The notes under the pieces: model-generated | What the model saw: the letters and a program-made list of their open reading frames with translations, nothing else | Databases searched by the model: none | What the model was told of the DNA's origin: nothing | From: a virus | DNA length: 45,655 nt | IMG/VR virus record: IMGVR_UViG_3300045988_062028 | Span: 1-45,655 of that record | Reading direction: 5' to 3' (one strand) | In this document: positions 34,554 to 41,752 of the stretch, piece after piece | Layout of the letters: the number at the start of each line of letters is the position of its first letter | Numbering within the stretch: the first letter of the stretch is position 1 | Translations under genes and position numbers: made by a program

Positions 34554-34646
34554 GCGTTCACCGCCTTTCTGCTTTTAGTATATTCAGCCGTCTGCCGAAT
34601 ATACTATCAAAAAATTATCATAAAATTATCAAAAGGGGGATTTTTT

Positions 34647-35756
34647 ATGGCAAAGGCAAAGAAACTTCCGTCAGGGAACTGGCGAACACAGGTTTACCTC
34701 GGCAGGGATGCAGCAGGAAAGCCAATCGTCGAATCCTTCACCGCATCGACCGCCCGCGAATCTGAACGCCTTGCCGCCGTCGCCGCCGCCGATCACAAGC
34801 GGAAGAAGAAACAAACGTTGACGCTCGGTCAGGCGATGGACGAGTTTATAGACACCTGCCGGGTGCAAGGCTATTCGCCGTCTACACTGAGAGGATATGT
34901 CACCATCCGAAAGAACAGCTTCCCGTCGCTGGTCAATGTGAAGCTCGATCAAATCACGCCCCGTGATGTGCAAAAGGCACTTGACGACCGGGCGCGGGAA
35001 CACACGCCGAAGACGGTCAGAAATGATTATTTCTTCCTCAAGACGATTTTGGAGAAGAACGTCCCCGATCTACAGCTAAACGGAATTGTCCTCGCAAAGC
35101 TCAAGCGAAAGAAAAAGCAGCTCTTTTCCGAAAAGTGGGCGGGCGACGTTCTCCGCTATGTCGCGGAACGCTGGGAGACGGATTTTTTCCTCTACTGCTG
35201 CTTCATCATCAGCGCCGGCTTGCGCCCCTCTGAGGCTTACGCTCTGACGTGGGGGGATTTGTCTGCATCCCCTATTGACGCGCTGGATTCGAGCGGCAGG
35301 ACATACAAAATCGGAACGATCAACATTGACAAGGCAATCGTGCGCGGCGAAAAGGGATTTCAACCCAAAGGGACGAAAAGCGACGCGGGAGAGCGTGTCC
35401 TGCGCGTTGACTGGTCTTTCTTTGAGAACCTTTACGACGCAAAGCCACGAGGAAAAGACAACGAACAGGTTTTTCAGATGAAGCCCAGCCGTGTTATTTA
35501 CAGATGGGATATCACGCGCAAAGACTTAGGGCTACCGGAAACCATGCGCTTTTACGATCTGCGCCACTTCTTCGCAACGTCGGTCGCATACTCCGGCGCG
35601 TCCGAGGAAGAGCTTGCCCGCGTCATGGGTCATTCTACATCCGCTTTCTCCCATCAGGTGTACGTCGAGCTTTTCCGCGAACGGCAGGACGAAATCAACG
35701 CCAAAATGGCGGCTGGAACAGCGGCCTTGTACGGGTCTGTTTCGGCTAAAAAATAG
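34647..35756 (+). CDS. int: Tyrosine recombinase / phage integrase (369 aa)
   Basis: SD AAAGGGGGA lies 6 nt before the ATG (MAKAKKLPSGNW). Catalytic pattern GLRPSE...YDLRHFFAT...MGHST...Y. The track ORF start at 34299 was rejected. Confidence 0.9.
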   Translation: MAKAKKLPSGNWRTQVYLGRDAAGKPIVESFTASTARESERLAAVAAADHKRKKKQTLTLGQAMDEFIDTCRVQGYSPSTLRGYVTIRKNSFPSLVNVKLDQITPRDVQKALDDRAREHTPKTVRNDYFFLKTILEKNVPDLQLNGIVLAKLKRKKKQLFSEKWAGDVLRYVAERWETDFFLYCCFIISAGLRPSEAYALTWGDLSASPIDALDSSGRTYKIGTINIDKAIVRGEKGFQPKGTKSDAGERVLRVDWSFFENLYDAKPRGKDNEQVFQMKPSRVIYRWDITRKDLGLPETMRFYDLRHFFATSVAYSGASEEELARVMGHSTSAFSHQVYVELFRERQDEINAKMAAGTAALYGSVSAKK

Positions 35757-35768
35757 CCGTTTTCGAGC

Positions 35769-35793
35769 ATCATTTCACACGATAATTCACACG
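35769..35793 (+). repeat. 25-bp direct repeat, copy 1 (candidate integrase arm-type site)
   Basis: atcatttcacacgataattcacacg, identical to 35988-36012. An inverted 10-mer cgtgtgaaat lies at 35867-35876. Confidence 0.75.
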
Positions 35794-35838
35794 TCAAGTC
35801 AAAAATCTTTGTATTCTTTGATTTTTTATGCTGGTTCG

Positions 35839-35866
35839 TCGGGTTCGACCCCCGCCACCGGCACCA
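35839..35866 (+). other. attP core candidate: 3' end of a tRNA gene (T arm, acceptor 3' strand, ACCA)
   Basis: tcggg-TTCGACC-cccgc-caccggc-A-CCA; lies 83 bp downstream of int. Confidence 0.6.
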
Positions 35867-35873
35867 CGTGTGA

Positions 35874-35910
35874 AATCCAGAAGCCACAAAGGTTTCTGGA
35901 TTTTTTCTTT
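35874..35910 (+). terminator. Rho-independent terminator following the tRNA-like fragment
   Basis: AATCCAGAA-N11-TTCTGGATT followed by TTTTCTTT. Confidence 0.6.
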
Positions 35911-35987
35911 TGTGTTCTGGTTTTTCTAGTGTAAAATTTTACTCGTTTCGTGTATTTCTTTCCCGCAAGAGTGCAACCATTTTCAAA

Positions 35988-36012
35988 ATCATTTCACACG
36001 ATAATTCACACG
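35988..36012 (+). repeat. 25-bp direct repeat, copy 2
   Basis: Identical to 35769-35793. Confidence 0.75.
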
Positions 36013-36047
36013 CAAAGAGGCCGAGGATTTACCCCCGACCTCTTTCT

Positions 36048-36368
36048 TCACGCTGGGCACGTTTTCAGCTTTCGGATTGCCGCCGCGTATGCCTTCGGCG
36101 CAACGATCTGCAATCCCTGAATCGTGTCTTCCAGCGCATCAATAAGCTCAGCAGATGACAAGCCTGCACAAGCAGTGCGGAACTCGCTTTCCGGCTCTGC
36201 CGCCATCGAGTACGCCGAAACGGGCGCTTCCCTTACATCCTGCACAGATTCGCTTGCCATGTGCGCCCGGAGGCCGTACAGCACCGCCAGACGTTCAGCG
36301 TCTTTCACGCTCGTCCCTTCACGCTTGATCTTGGTGATGGTTTCGTCGATCTCTTTCAGGTCGATCAA
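36048..36368 (-). CDS. Hypothetical protein (106 aa)
   Basis: TTG start; last gene before attP. Confidence 0.45.
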   Translation of the reverse strand: MIDLKEIDETITKIKREGTSVKDAERLAVLYGLRAHMASESVQDVREAPVSAYSMAAEPESEFRTACAGLSSAELIDALEDTIQGLQIVAPKAYAAAIRKLKTCPA

Positions 36369-36384
36369 TGCCGTTCACCGCCCG

Positions 36385-36753
36385 TCAGGCGTTGCGCAGC
36401 TCGTCCATTGCGCGGCGGATGATTTCGCGCTGTTCTCCGGTCGCGTCGCGCATGATCTCTTCCATCTTGCGCATCATGCTTTCGCGCCCGTCGTCGCGGC
36501 TGTAATGTCCGCGCACGTAATGCTCGCCGCGTCTGTCGTTGCGTCCATAGCTTCCGCGCACGTCAGCGCGCCACTCCGCGCTGTTGCTGTACCCTTCGTC
36601 CTCAAGGATTTCGATTTTGTCAATATTCTTGATGGTGTCGGTCAGCTTGTGGACGGTTTCGAGGTCGCCGGGGTTCATGTCGCGCTTGGCGGCGATTTTG
36701 TCCAGCTCATCGCAAAGCATATCGCGCAAGTCGCGCATCGCTTTCATGCTCAT
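36385..36753 (-). CDS. Hypothetical charged protein (122 aa)
   Basis: SD AAAGGAG lies 7 nt before the second ATG (MSMKAMRDLRDML...); Arg/Asp/Glu-rich. Confidence 0.5.
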   Translation of the reverse strand: MSMKAMRDLRDMLCDELDKIAAKRDMNPGDLETVHKLTDTIKNIDKIEILEDEGYSNSAEWRADVRGSYGRNDRRGEHYVRGHYSRDDGRESMMRKMEEIMRDATGEQREIIRRAMDELRNA

Positions 36754-36767
36754 TTTTTGCTCCTTTC

Positions 36768-37190
36768 TCACGCCTGCCGCGTGACGATCAGGTTTGCGTT
36801 GGCAACGTCAATCGCTTGCGCACTGATGTTTTTCAGCGCGACGGTTACGCAGCATCCACGCGGCACGTCAACAAACGCAGAGACGGAAACATTGAAATAG
36901 TTCTCGACCGCCGCAGGAGTGACGATAGCGACGGCGCTATTCAGCGGCTCGCTGTTTATCGTCAGCGCAACGGAGATCGCTTCAACCGTTCCGCCAGTCG
37001 GAATGGCAATGTTCCCGGCGAAGTCCACAAAGTACCGCGCTCGGCACTGGTTCGTCAGGCCGCGAAGTGTTACGATTCCCGCGCCCTCTCGATGGACGAT
37101 ACACGGAGAGCCGCAAATCGGCGTTTCGGTCAGCGGTAGATTCTGGCCAGCCGCGACAAGTGCCGTGCTGGCGTTGGTATACTCAGCCAT
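36768..37190 (-). CDS. Beta-rich 140-aa protein (possibly BclA-C-terminal / C1q-like jelly roll)
   Basis: SD AAAGGAGA. The alternating hydrophobic pattern and a C-terminal ..CCVTVALKN.. segment are only reminiscent of that fold. Confidence 0.5.
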   Translation of the reverse strand: MAEYTNASTALVAAGQNLPLTETPICGSPCIVHREGAGIVTLRGLTNQCRARYFVDFAGNIAIPTGGTVEAISVALTINSEPLNSAVAIVTPAAVENYFNVSVSAFVDVPRGCCVTVALKNISAQAIDVANANLIVTRQA

Positions 37191-37200
37191 AAATTTCTCC

Positions 37201-37237
37201 TTTCATAAGAAACGGCGGGACACATTCGCCCCGCCGT
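37201..37237 (-). terminator. Possible terminator or attenuator hairpin
   Basis: ACGGCGGG-N10-CCCGCCGT followed by TTCTTAT on the minus strand. Confidence 0.35.
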
Positions 37238-37303
37238 CGTTGCAGAATCAGCTCAGGGCTGAACAGCTCGGTCACGCCGAGCAGTTGCATCTCTTATGCG
37301 ATT

Positions 37304-38125
37304 TTAGCAGCCACAACCGGCGTTAGCAGCGCAGCCGTAACCGTAACCGCCCGTGTAGGGGTTCGGCACCTGATACGCAGGAACGGCGACGGGCTGACGC
37401 AGCGCGTTGATGATATGCGCAGTCTGTGCTCCCATCTCCGTGGTCAGAAGCGCCGACTGACGCTCCTGCGACGCGGCGCGGCGAAGATCGGTGTTTTCCG
37501 CCTGCAACGTCGCGATCTTGTCCTGCGTCAGGAAGTCGAGAATCGCGCGGCTATTGGCGTTCTGGTTGTCGATCACGTCGCGGGTGTTGCTGTTAAGCGT
37601 GTTCTGGATGGCGCAGAAGCCCTGCTGCATCTGGTTGCGCGTGTCGCAAGCCTGAGTAGCGAGGTTGTAATTCACGCCCTGAATCGCTTCGCGCGTCTCG
37701 CAGCAGCAGTTCGCCTGCTGCATCTGCATTGCGAAGAGCTGCTGCATGAGCGCCGCCTGCTGGTTTGCGCGGGAAAGCTCCGCCGCGCTGAAACCGCCGT
37801 TGACGGCGTTTGTGATAGCGTAGGTGCTGTCACAAAGCCCGTTCTGAATGGCGCGGATGCCGTTGTCAATGCCGTTGATGGCAAAGCCTTCGTTGATGTC
37901 CGCGCGGGTCGCGTAGCCCTGGAAGCCCGGCGAATTAGCGCCGTTGTTGCCGAAGCCGCCGCCCCAGCCCATGCCGCCCCAGCCGCAGAACATGAAGAGG
38001 AATAGAACGATGATCCACCACGCGCCGTTCCCGTCTCCAAACATGCCGCCGTTGTTGCGATTTCCGCCCGTTACCGCCGCGATATCGGCGGGGGTCATTT
38101 CAGAGGTTGTCAAAGACATTTTCAC
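37304..38125 (-). CDS. Gly/Gln/Asn-rich membrane protein with a double-glycine-leader-like N-terminus (273 aa)
   Basis: MKMSLTTSEMTPADIAAVTGG|NRNNGG..., then a TM helix WWIIVLFLFMFCGW, Gly-rich flanks, a CCC motif and a C-terminal GYGYGCAANAGCGC. Confidence 0.6.
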   Translation of the reverse strand: MKMSLTTSEMTPADIAAVTGGNRNNGGMFGDGNGAWWIIVLFLFMFCGWGGMGWGGGFGNNGANSPGFQGYATRADINEGFAINGIDNGIRAIQNGLCDSTYAITNAVNGGFSAAELSRANQQAALMQQLFAMQMQQANCCCETREAIQGVNYNLATQACDTRNQMQQGFCAIQNTLNSNTRDVIDNQNANSRAILDFLTQDKIATLQAENTDLRRAASQERQSALLTTEMGAQTAHIINALRQPVAVPAYQVPNPYTGGYGYGCAANAGCGC

Positions 38126-38170
38126 ACGTCCTTTCGTTTTTATCGCTAACCGTGCGCACGGATTTAGCCG

Positions 38171-38401
38171 TTAGAGACCTTCAAAGAGGCTTTGAAACTG
38201 GCGGGCGATGCCGTAGAGCTGATTAAACTGCTGCTGCGTCATCTTGCCGCTGTTGAGCAAGCGCTGAACCTCTTGCTGCGGATCGCCGTTAAATCCAGCT
38301 TTGAACTGCTTGAACTCCTGCGCCATTCGCTGAAACTGTCCCATCTGTCCGGGCAGATTCCCAGACATGCCTTGCATCGCATTAAACAGCGGGTTGCTCA
38401 T
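38171..38401 (-). CDS. Gln-rich small protein (76 aa)
   Basis: SD AAGGAGG lies 9 nt before the second ATG (MSNPLFNAMQGMSGN...). Confidence 0.5.
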   Translation of the reverse strand: MSNPLFNAMQGMSGNLPGQMGQFQRMAQEFKQFKAGFNGDPQQEVQRLLNSGKMTQQQFNQLYGIARQFQSLFEGL

Positions 38402-38828
38402 CGACTGCATCCTCCTTTTTTCTGTTCGGCTTTTTTGTCATCGCATCGACACGCGCCACGAGCGCGTTGAAGTCGTCGCGGGTCACATAATCGGCTGATT
38501 GTACGGGAGGCTCGGACTGTCTAGGCGCTGTCCTCTCGGTGTAGTCAAAAATTCGCATCGACGGCATACCGCTTGCGTCCGCAGATTTAAGGTAAAACGT
38601 CAAAGATTCGCTATCCATCAGCAGAACGCCGCTTCCGGGGCTGACCGGGTAGCTTTTCGCCGCCGCTTCGCCCTGAACCCAGATAATTCCGCCACTATTT
38701 TGAGCTGGCGCTTGCTGCGATGGCTGTTGTGGCATGTATGGTTGCGATCTGAGCTGCGCAAGTTGATCTTGCATCGGCGGGTAATATCCGCCGTATGGCT
38801 GCTGCCAGCCTTGCATCGGATAAGCCAT
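38382..38828 (-). CDS. Protein with a Pro/Gln-rich N-terminus (148 aa)
   Basis: SD GGGAGGG lies 7 nt before the ATG; MAYPMQGWQQPYGGYYPPMQ... Confidence 0.55.
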   Translation of the reverse strand: MAYPMQGWQQPYGGYYPPMQDQLAQLRSQPYMPQQPSQQAPAQNSGGIIWVQGEAAAKSYPVSPGSGVLLMDSESLTFYLKSADASGMPSMRIFDYTERTAPRQSEPPVQSADYVTRDDFNALVARVDAMTKKPNRKKEDAVDEQPAV

Positions 38829-38831
38829 AAA

Positions 38832-39203
38832 TCATCCCTCCCAGTAGTAAAGGGGCGTTTCGCCGCCGCTGTCCCATGTGTCATACCAATCACCGTTCAC
38901 AATCGCGAGAACGTGTCCATTTGTCGCCAAAACATAAACGCCGCGCGGAAAATCTCGGCAGAAGTCCGAAACCGTGTAGCAGTCCGGGCACGTCTCCGGG
39001 ATGCTGTGACGCTTGAAGCCTTTGCGCCGAAGATACGCGCCCCAGACGTGATTTGCGTTTGGCATGTCTCCAACGCAGAAACCGTCAAGGCAAAGCGCGA
39101 CGAATACGCTTTCCCATGTTTGCCCTGTGGCCTTGCTTACGGCTCTAATCGCGCAGTCGCCGACACGAGATCGAAAAGGGTTCGGATTGAATGGAACAAA
39201 CAC
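38832..39203 (-). CDS. Predicted papain-fold (C39-like?) Cys/His peptidase-like protein (~123 aa)
   Basis: ..RVGDCAIRAVSKATG.. (Cys at a helix start) and ..NGHVLAIVNGDWYDTWD.. (His, then Asp). GTG start after AGGTGA is preferred to the SD-less ATG at 39227. Confidence 0.4.
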   Translation of the reverse strand: MFVPFNPNPFRSRVGDCAIRAVSKATGQTWESVFVALCLDGFCVGDMPNANHVWGAYLRRKGFKRHSIPETCPDCYTVSDFCRDFPRGVYVLATNGHVLAIVNGDWYDTWDSGGETPLYYWEG

Positions 39204-39235
39204 GCTCTCACCTGCTTCTGCCCTCATTTTTGCAT

Positions 39236-39268
39236 AAAAAAAGGACGTGCACCTATCAGATGCACGTC
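39236..39268 (-). terminator. Rho-independent terminator of cassette A
   Basis: GACGTGCA-N9-TGCACGTC followed by CTTTTTTTAT on the minus strand. Confidence 0.6.
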
Positions 39269-39288
39269 AGTTTTATATCGGTTTTTTG

Positions 39289-39840
39289 TCAGTCCCACAT
39301 GTGTTCACTTGTTGCCTCGTGCCACTCGGCCTCCATGTCGCTGACGGCCTTTTTCCAATCCTCGCCATCAAGGATGCGCTCGACGGCTTTTCTACCTGCG
39401 CTGGCCTTGCGGTAATTGGCCGCGCGGGAGTAGCTTTCCGCGCGGAGCATCGCGGCCGCCATCGGGTATCTCGCGCTCAGCTCTGCCGGATCGCTCTTGG
39501 GCTTGGTGGGATAGATGCCGCTTCCGCTATCCACAGCCCGCGCGAACGCTTCGCGGTAGGCCGCCTGCTCAGCTTTCGCCGCCTCAAGCTCTTTAAGCCC
39601 CGGAATCGCGGCGCGGAAATTCCGGCGGCGCTCGGCGGTTTCGCGCTCTTCGGCTTCCTCGGCCATCAGCGCGGCCTTGATCTCCTGTATCTCGGCGGGA
39701 TGCGCCTTGACCAGTTTGATGGCCTTGGCGCGCGGAGATACGGCCATCTTGTCGCCATCCATAAGGCAAAAGCTCAGGCCGGAGTGTTCGAGGATTTCGC
39801 GCGCAGCGGTGGAAAGCTGCTGTTTGTACTTTTCTTTCAT
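39289..39840 (-). CDS. Cassette A hypothetical protein (183 aa, Ala/Glu/Lys/Arg-rich)
   Basis: SD AGGAGGA; driven by duplicated promoter copy A. Confidence 0.6.
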   Translation of the reverse strand: MKEKYKQQLSTAAREILEHSGLSFCLMDGDKMAVSPRAKAIKLVKAHPAEIQEIKAALMAEEAEERETAERRRNFRAAIPGLKELEAAKAEQAAYREAFARAVDSGSGIYPTKPKSDPAELSARYPMAAAMLRAESYSRAANYRKASAGRKAVERILDGEDWKKAVSDMEAEWHEATSEHMWD

Positions 39841-39948
39841 GGTTTCTTCCTCCTGTCGGTTCGGGTTGTTTCCTTGTTCTTTATGGTCATATTATACATC
39901 ATTTTAATTTACTTGTCAAGTACTTTGCAAATTATTTTTATTTATTTT
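39841..39948. repeat. Promoter/5'UTR module, copy A
   Basis: Matches 42035-42140. A 35-bp block (39886-39920) and an 18-bp AT block are identical in both copies. Confidence 0.85.
39891..39919 (-). promoter_or_regulatory. Consensus sigma-70 promoter (copy A)
   Basis: Minus-strand TTGACA (39919-39914), 17-bp spacer, TATAAT (39896-39891), with an AT-rich UP-like tract upstream. Confidence 0.75.
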
Positions 39949-39954
39949 CAGGTC

Positions 39955-39980
39955 AAAAAACTCCCTGCGCAAGGCAGGGA
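39955..39980 (-). terminator. Rho-independent terminator after the zinc-ribbon gene
   Basis: TCCCTGC-N5-GCAGGGA followed by GTTTTTTGA on the minus strand. Confidence 0.6.
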
Positions 39981-39987
39981 ATGAACG

Positions 39988-40731
39988 CTATTGATCCGGA
40001 TCAGCCGGTTTGTACCTATGCGCTGGCGTGATGGGCAGAGACAGCAGCCCCCAATCCTTATAATGATGTACAGACCTCTTACAAGACGGCGATCCACGCA
40101 TACACGCCGCGATTTTTTGAAAGCCCCGTGAGATACGACCCGCGGCGAGGTCTCGCTCGTCCTCTGGCGTCTGCGGCTCAAAGAGCCGGTAATTATTCCG
40201 CGCCCAGTCAAGCAGATTTGTGCATGGTACTTGATTCCCACTCGGATCGACCAGCACCCATATTTTGCTTTCGCGGTTTTGCGGTCCGCGCTGCCCCTCC
40301 GGTTTTGCAAGCGCCGCTTGCAAAGCGCGCGGCTGTAGCTCGTCCATCCGCGCCTTAATGTCGGGGTTTTCTGCGCGTCGTCTTTTCGCGTCTTCTCCCC
40401 ACTTGCGCGGCTTGTCATGCGACGACTTCGCTGCCCGAAGACGGCGGCAGGCATCCGAGCAGGTCACACGGTTGTCCGAGCGGTATGAGTCAAACGGCTT
40501 TCCGCAGATCACGCACGTTTTTGCGATTTTCCCAACCGCCTTGCATCCGCACGATGTCGTCTTGCCAGAGATCAGGTTGCTCGCGTAGTACGACTTAACG
40601 CTGCCACATCGCAGACACTCCGCATCGCATCGAGTCTTAGACGATGCCTCCGGCAGTCGCCAGACCCTCAAAACCTTGAGATCGCCAAACACATCGCCAA
40701 CCTGCATGTTAAGCTTTCGCGGCACGCTCAT
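39988..40731 (-). CDS. Zinc-ribbon protein with a possible homing-endonuclease-type DNA-binding region (247 aa)
   Basis: FGDLKVL...CLRCG...SCGC and CVICG...CSDAC motifs; ends in TAG; ATGA overlap with the XRE gene. Confidence 0.55.
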   Translation of the reverse strand: MSVPRKLNMQVGDVFGDLKVLRVWRLPEASSKTRCDAECLRCGSVKSYYASNLISGKTTSCGCKAVGKIAKTCVICGKPFDSYRSDNRVTCSDACRRLRAAKSSHDKPRKWGEDAKRRRAENPDIKARMDELQPRALQAALAKPEGQRGPQNRESKIWVLVDPSGNQVPCTNLLDWARNNYRLFEPQTPEDERDLAAGRISRGFQKIAACMRGSPSCKRSVHHYKDWGLLSLPITPAHRYKPADPDQ

Positions 40732-41207
40732 CGCCTCCCAAACTCGCCGCCAACGAGGATGCGTGGCAATCCCCTATACATTATCGCGTCTTCACCGCGC
40801 GAATCTACCCAGCGCGCGCCGCCGATCTCATCAACGGTCATCGGCTGCTCACCCTGCCAGTCCGCCAGCGTGAACTGCACCCCATTAGACTGGATCACCG
40901 CCATCATTCCAGCGTCCGGGTGCTCGACGAGATAAAATATCCCGTAATCGTCGATCACCGTCTCGGCCATGATGGGCAGCGCTTCTGTGCGTCCGGTCTG
41001 CCAGTCATAGACGGCCAACCGCTGCGCGTCACCCCGCAGATAGGCCGCCGAAACGTTCAGCGCGTCCGCCAATGCGCGCGTCATCTTGGGGCCGATGCTG
41101 CTCGCACCGCTCTCGTAGTTGTTAAGCTGCTGAGCCGATACGCCCATCTTGTCCGCAAGCTCTTTTTGACTCATTCCGCGCAAGGCGCGCAGCTGTTTGA
41201 TATTCAT
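40728..41207 (-). CDS. XRE-family HTH protein with an uncharacterised C-terminal domain (159 aa)
   Basis: MNIKQLRALRGMSQKELADKMGVSAQQLNNYESG HTH_3 signature. Confidence 0.7.
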   Translation of the reverse strand: MNIKQLRALRGMSQKELADKMGVSAQQLNNYESGASSIGPKMTRALADALNVSAAYLRGDAQRLAVYDWQTGRTEALPIMAETVIDDYGIFYLVEHPDAGMMAVIQSNGVQFTLADWQGEQPMTVDEIGGARWVDSRGEDAIMYRGLPRILVGGEFGRR

Positions 41208-41226
41208 ATTTTTTTACGTCTCCTCC

Positions 41227-41256
41227 TTGACAAATCTGCATTGATTACTGTATAAT
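41227..41256 (+). promoter_or_regulatory. Consensus sigma-70 promoter on the plus strand
   Basis: TTGACA (41227-41232), 18-bp spacer, TATAAT (41251-41256). Confidence 0.65.
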
Positions 41257-41262
41257 ACAGGC

Positions 41263-41369
41263 GTCTCGGAAGCAATGCTTCCGTGTGGGATTGAAATATT
41301 AGCCTGTTTAATAGCGAAGCTACTAAACAAAGGGGAAGCAGGAGAGCGCTCTCCTGCTTTTCTTTTTTT
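41263..41369 (+). ncRNA. Candidate ~105-nt small RNA
   Basis: 5' hairpin CGGAAGC-AAT-GCTTCCG (41267-41283). Terminator is the 24-nt palindrome AAGCAGGAGAGCGCTCTCCTGCTT (41336-41359) plus TTCTTTTTTT. No SD-led ORF inside. Confidence 0.5.
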
Positions 41370-41374
41370 CCCGT

Positions 41375-41749
41375 TCAATCGTCTTCATTCGGCGCTTTCT
41401 TTTTTGCTTCCCAGATGTCCCAAGCGTCCATAGACGCGCCTGCGACGATGGTATCCCAATCAATCCGATCTGTGTCTTCTTCGTTCCCTTCAACGTGGTA
41501 CACGAGCAGCGTATAATATTCGTTGTTCTCGCTTTTCCCGCTGTCGGTTTCCCACCACATACGCGGGGCGGGCGTTTCGGGGCCGAAAATCTGCCAATAC
41601 TCGCTGATGAGGCGGGCTTTCGCCCACTCGTCAGACATGAGCGCAGGGGCGATATCAACCCAGGGGCAACTGAGGTCGATAAAATCCTCGCTGATGTGGC
41701 GCGTCAGGTGGTCTTCGCAGCGCACGGTGAGCTCGATGTAGTACTTCAT
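41375..41749 (-). CDS. Cassette B acidic, Trp-rich protein (124 aa)
   Basis: SD GGAAGGA. By eye, about 28 Asp/Glu against about 11 Lys/Arg, and 8 Trp. Confidence 0.6.
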   Translation of the reverse strand: MKYYIELTVRCEDHLTRHISEDFIDLSCPWVDIAPALMSDEWAKARLISEYWQIFGPETPAPRMWWETDSGKSENNEYYTLLVYHVEGNEEDTDRIDWDTIVAGASMDAWDIWEAKKKAPNEDD

Positions 41750-41752
41750 TTT

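Noticed and set aside
34299-34646. The N-terminal 116-codon extension of the integrase ORF in the track
   Set aside because: The extension overlaps the divergent 95-aa gene and has no SD. A clean AAAGGGGGA-N6-ATG at 34647 gives the typical integrase N-terminus, MAKAKKLPSGNW.
41275-41369. A peptide ORF starting at ATG 41275 inside the candidate small RNA
   Set aside because: There is no usable SD (GGAAG lies only 2 nt from the ATG). The reading frame runs straight through the terminator palindrome and into the convergent gene.
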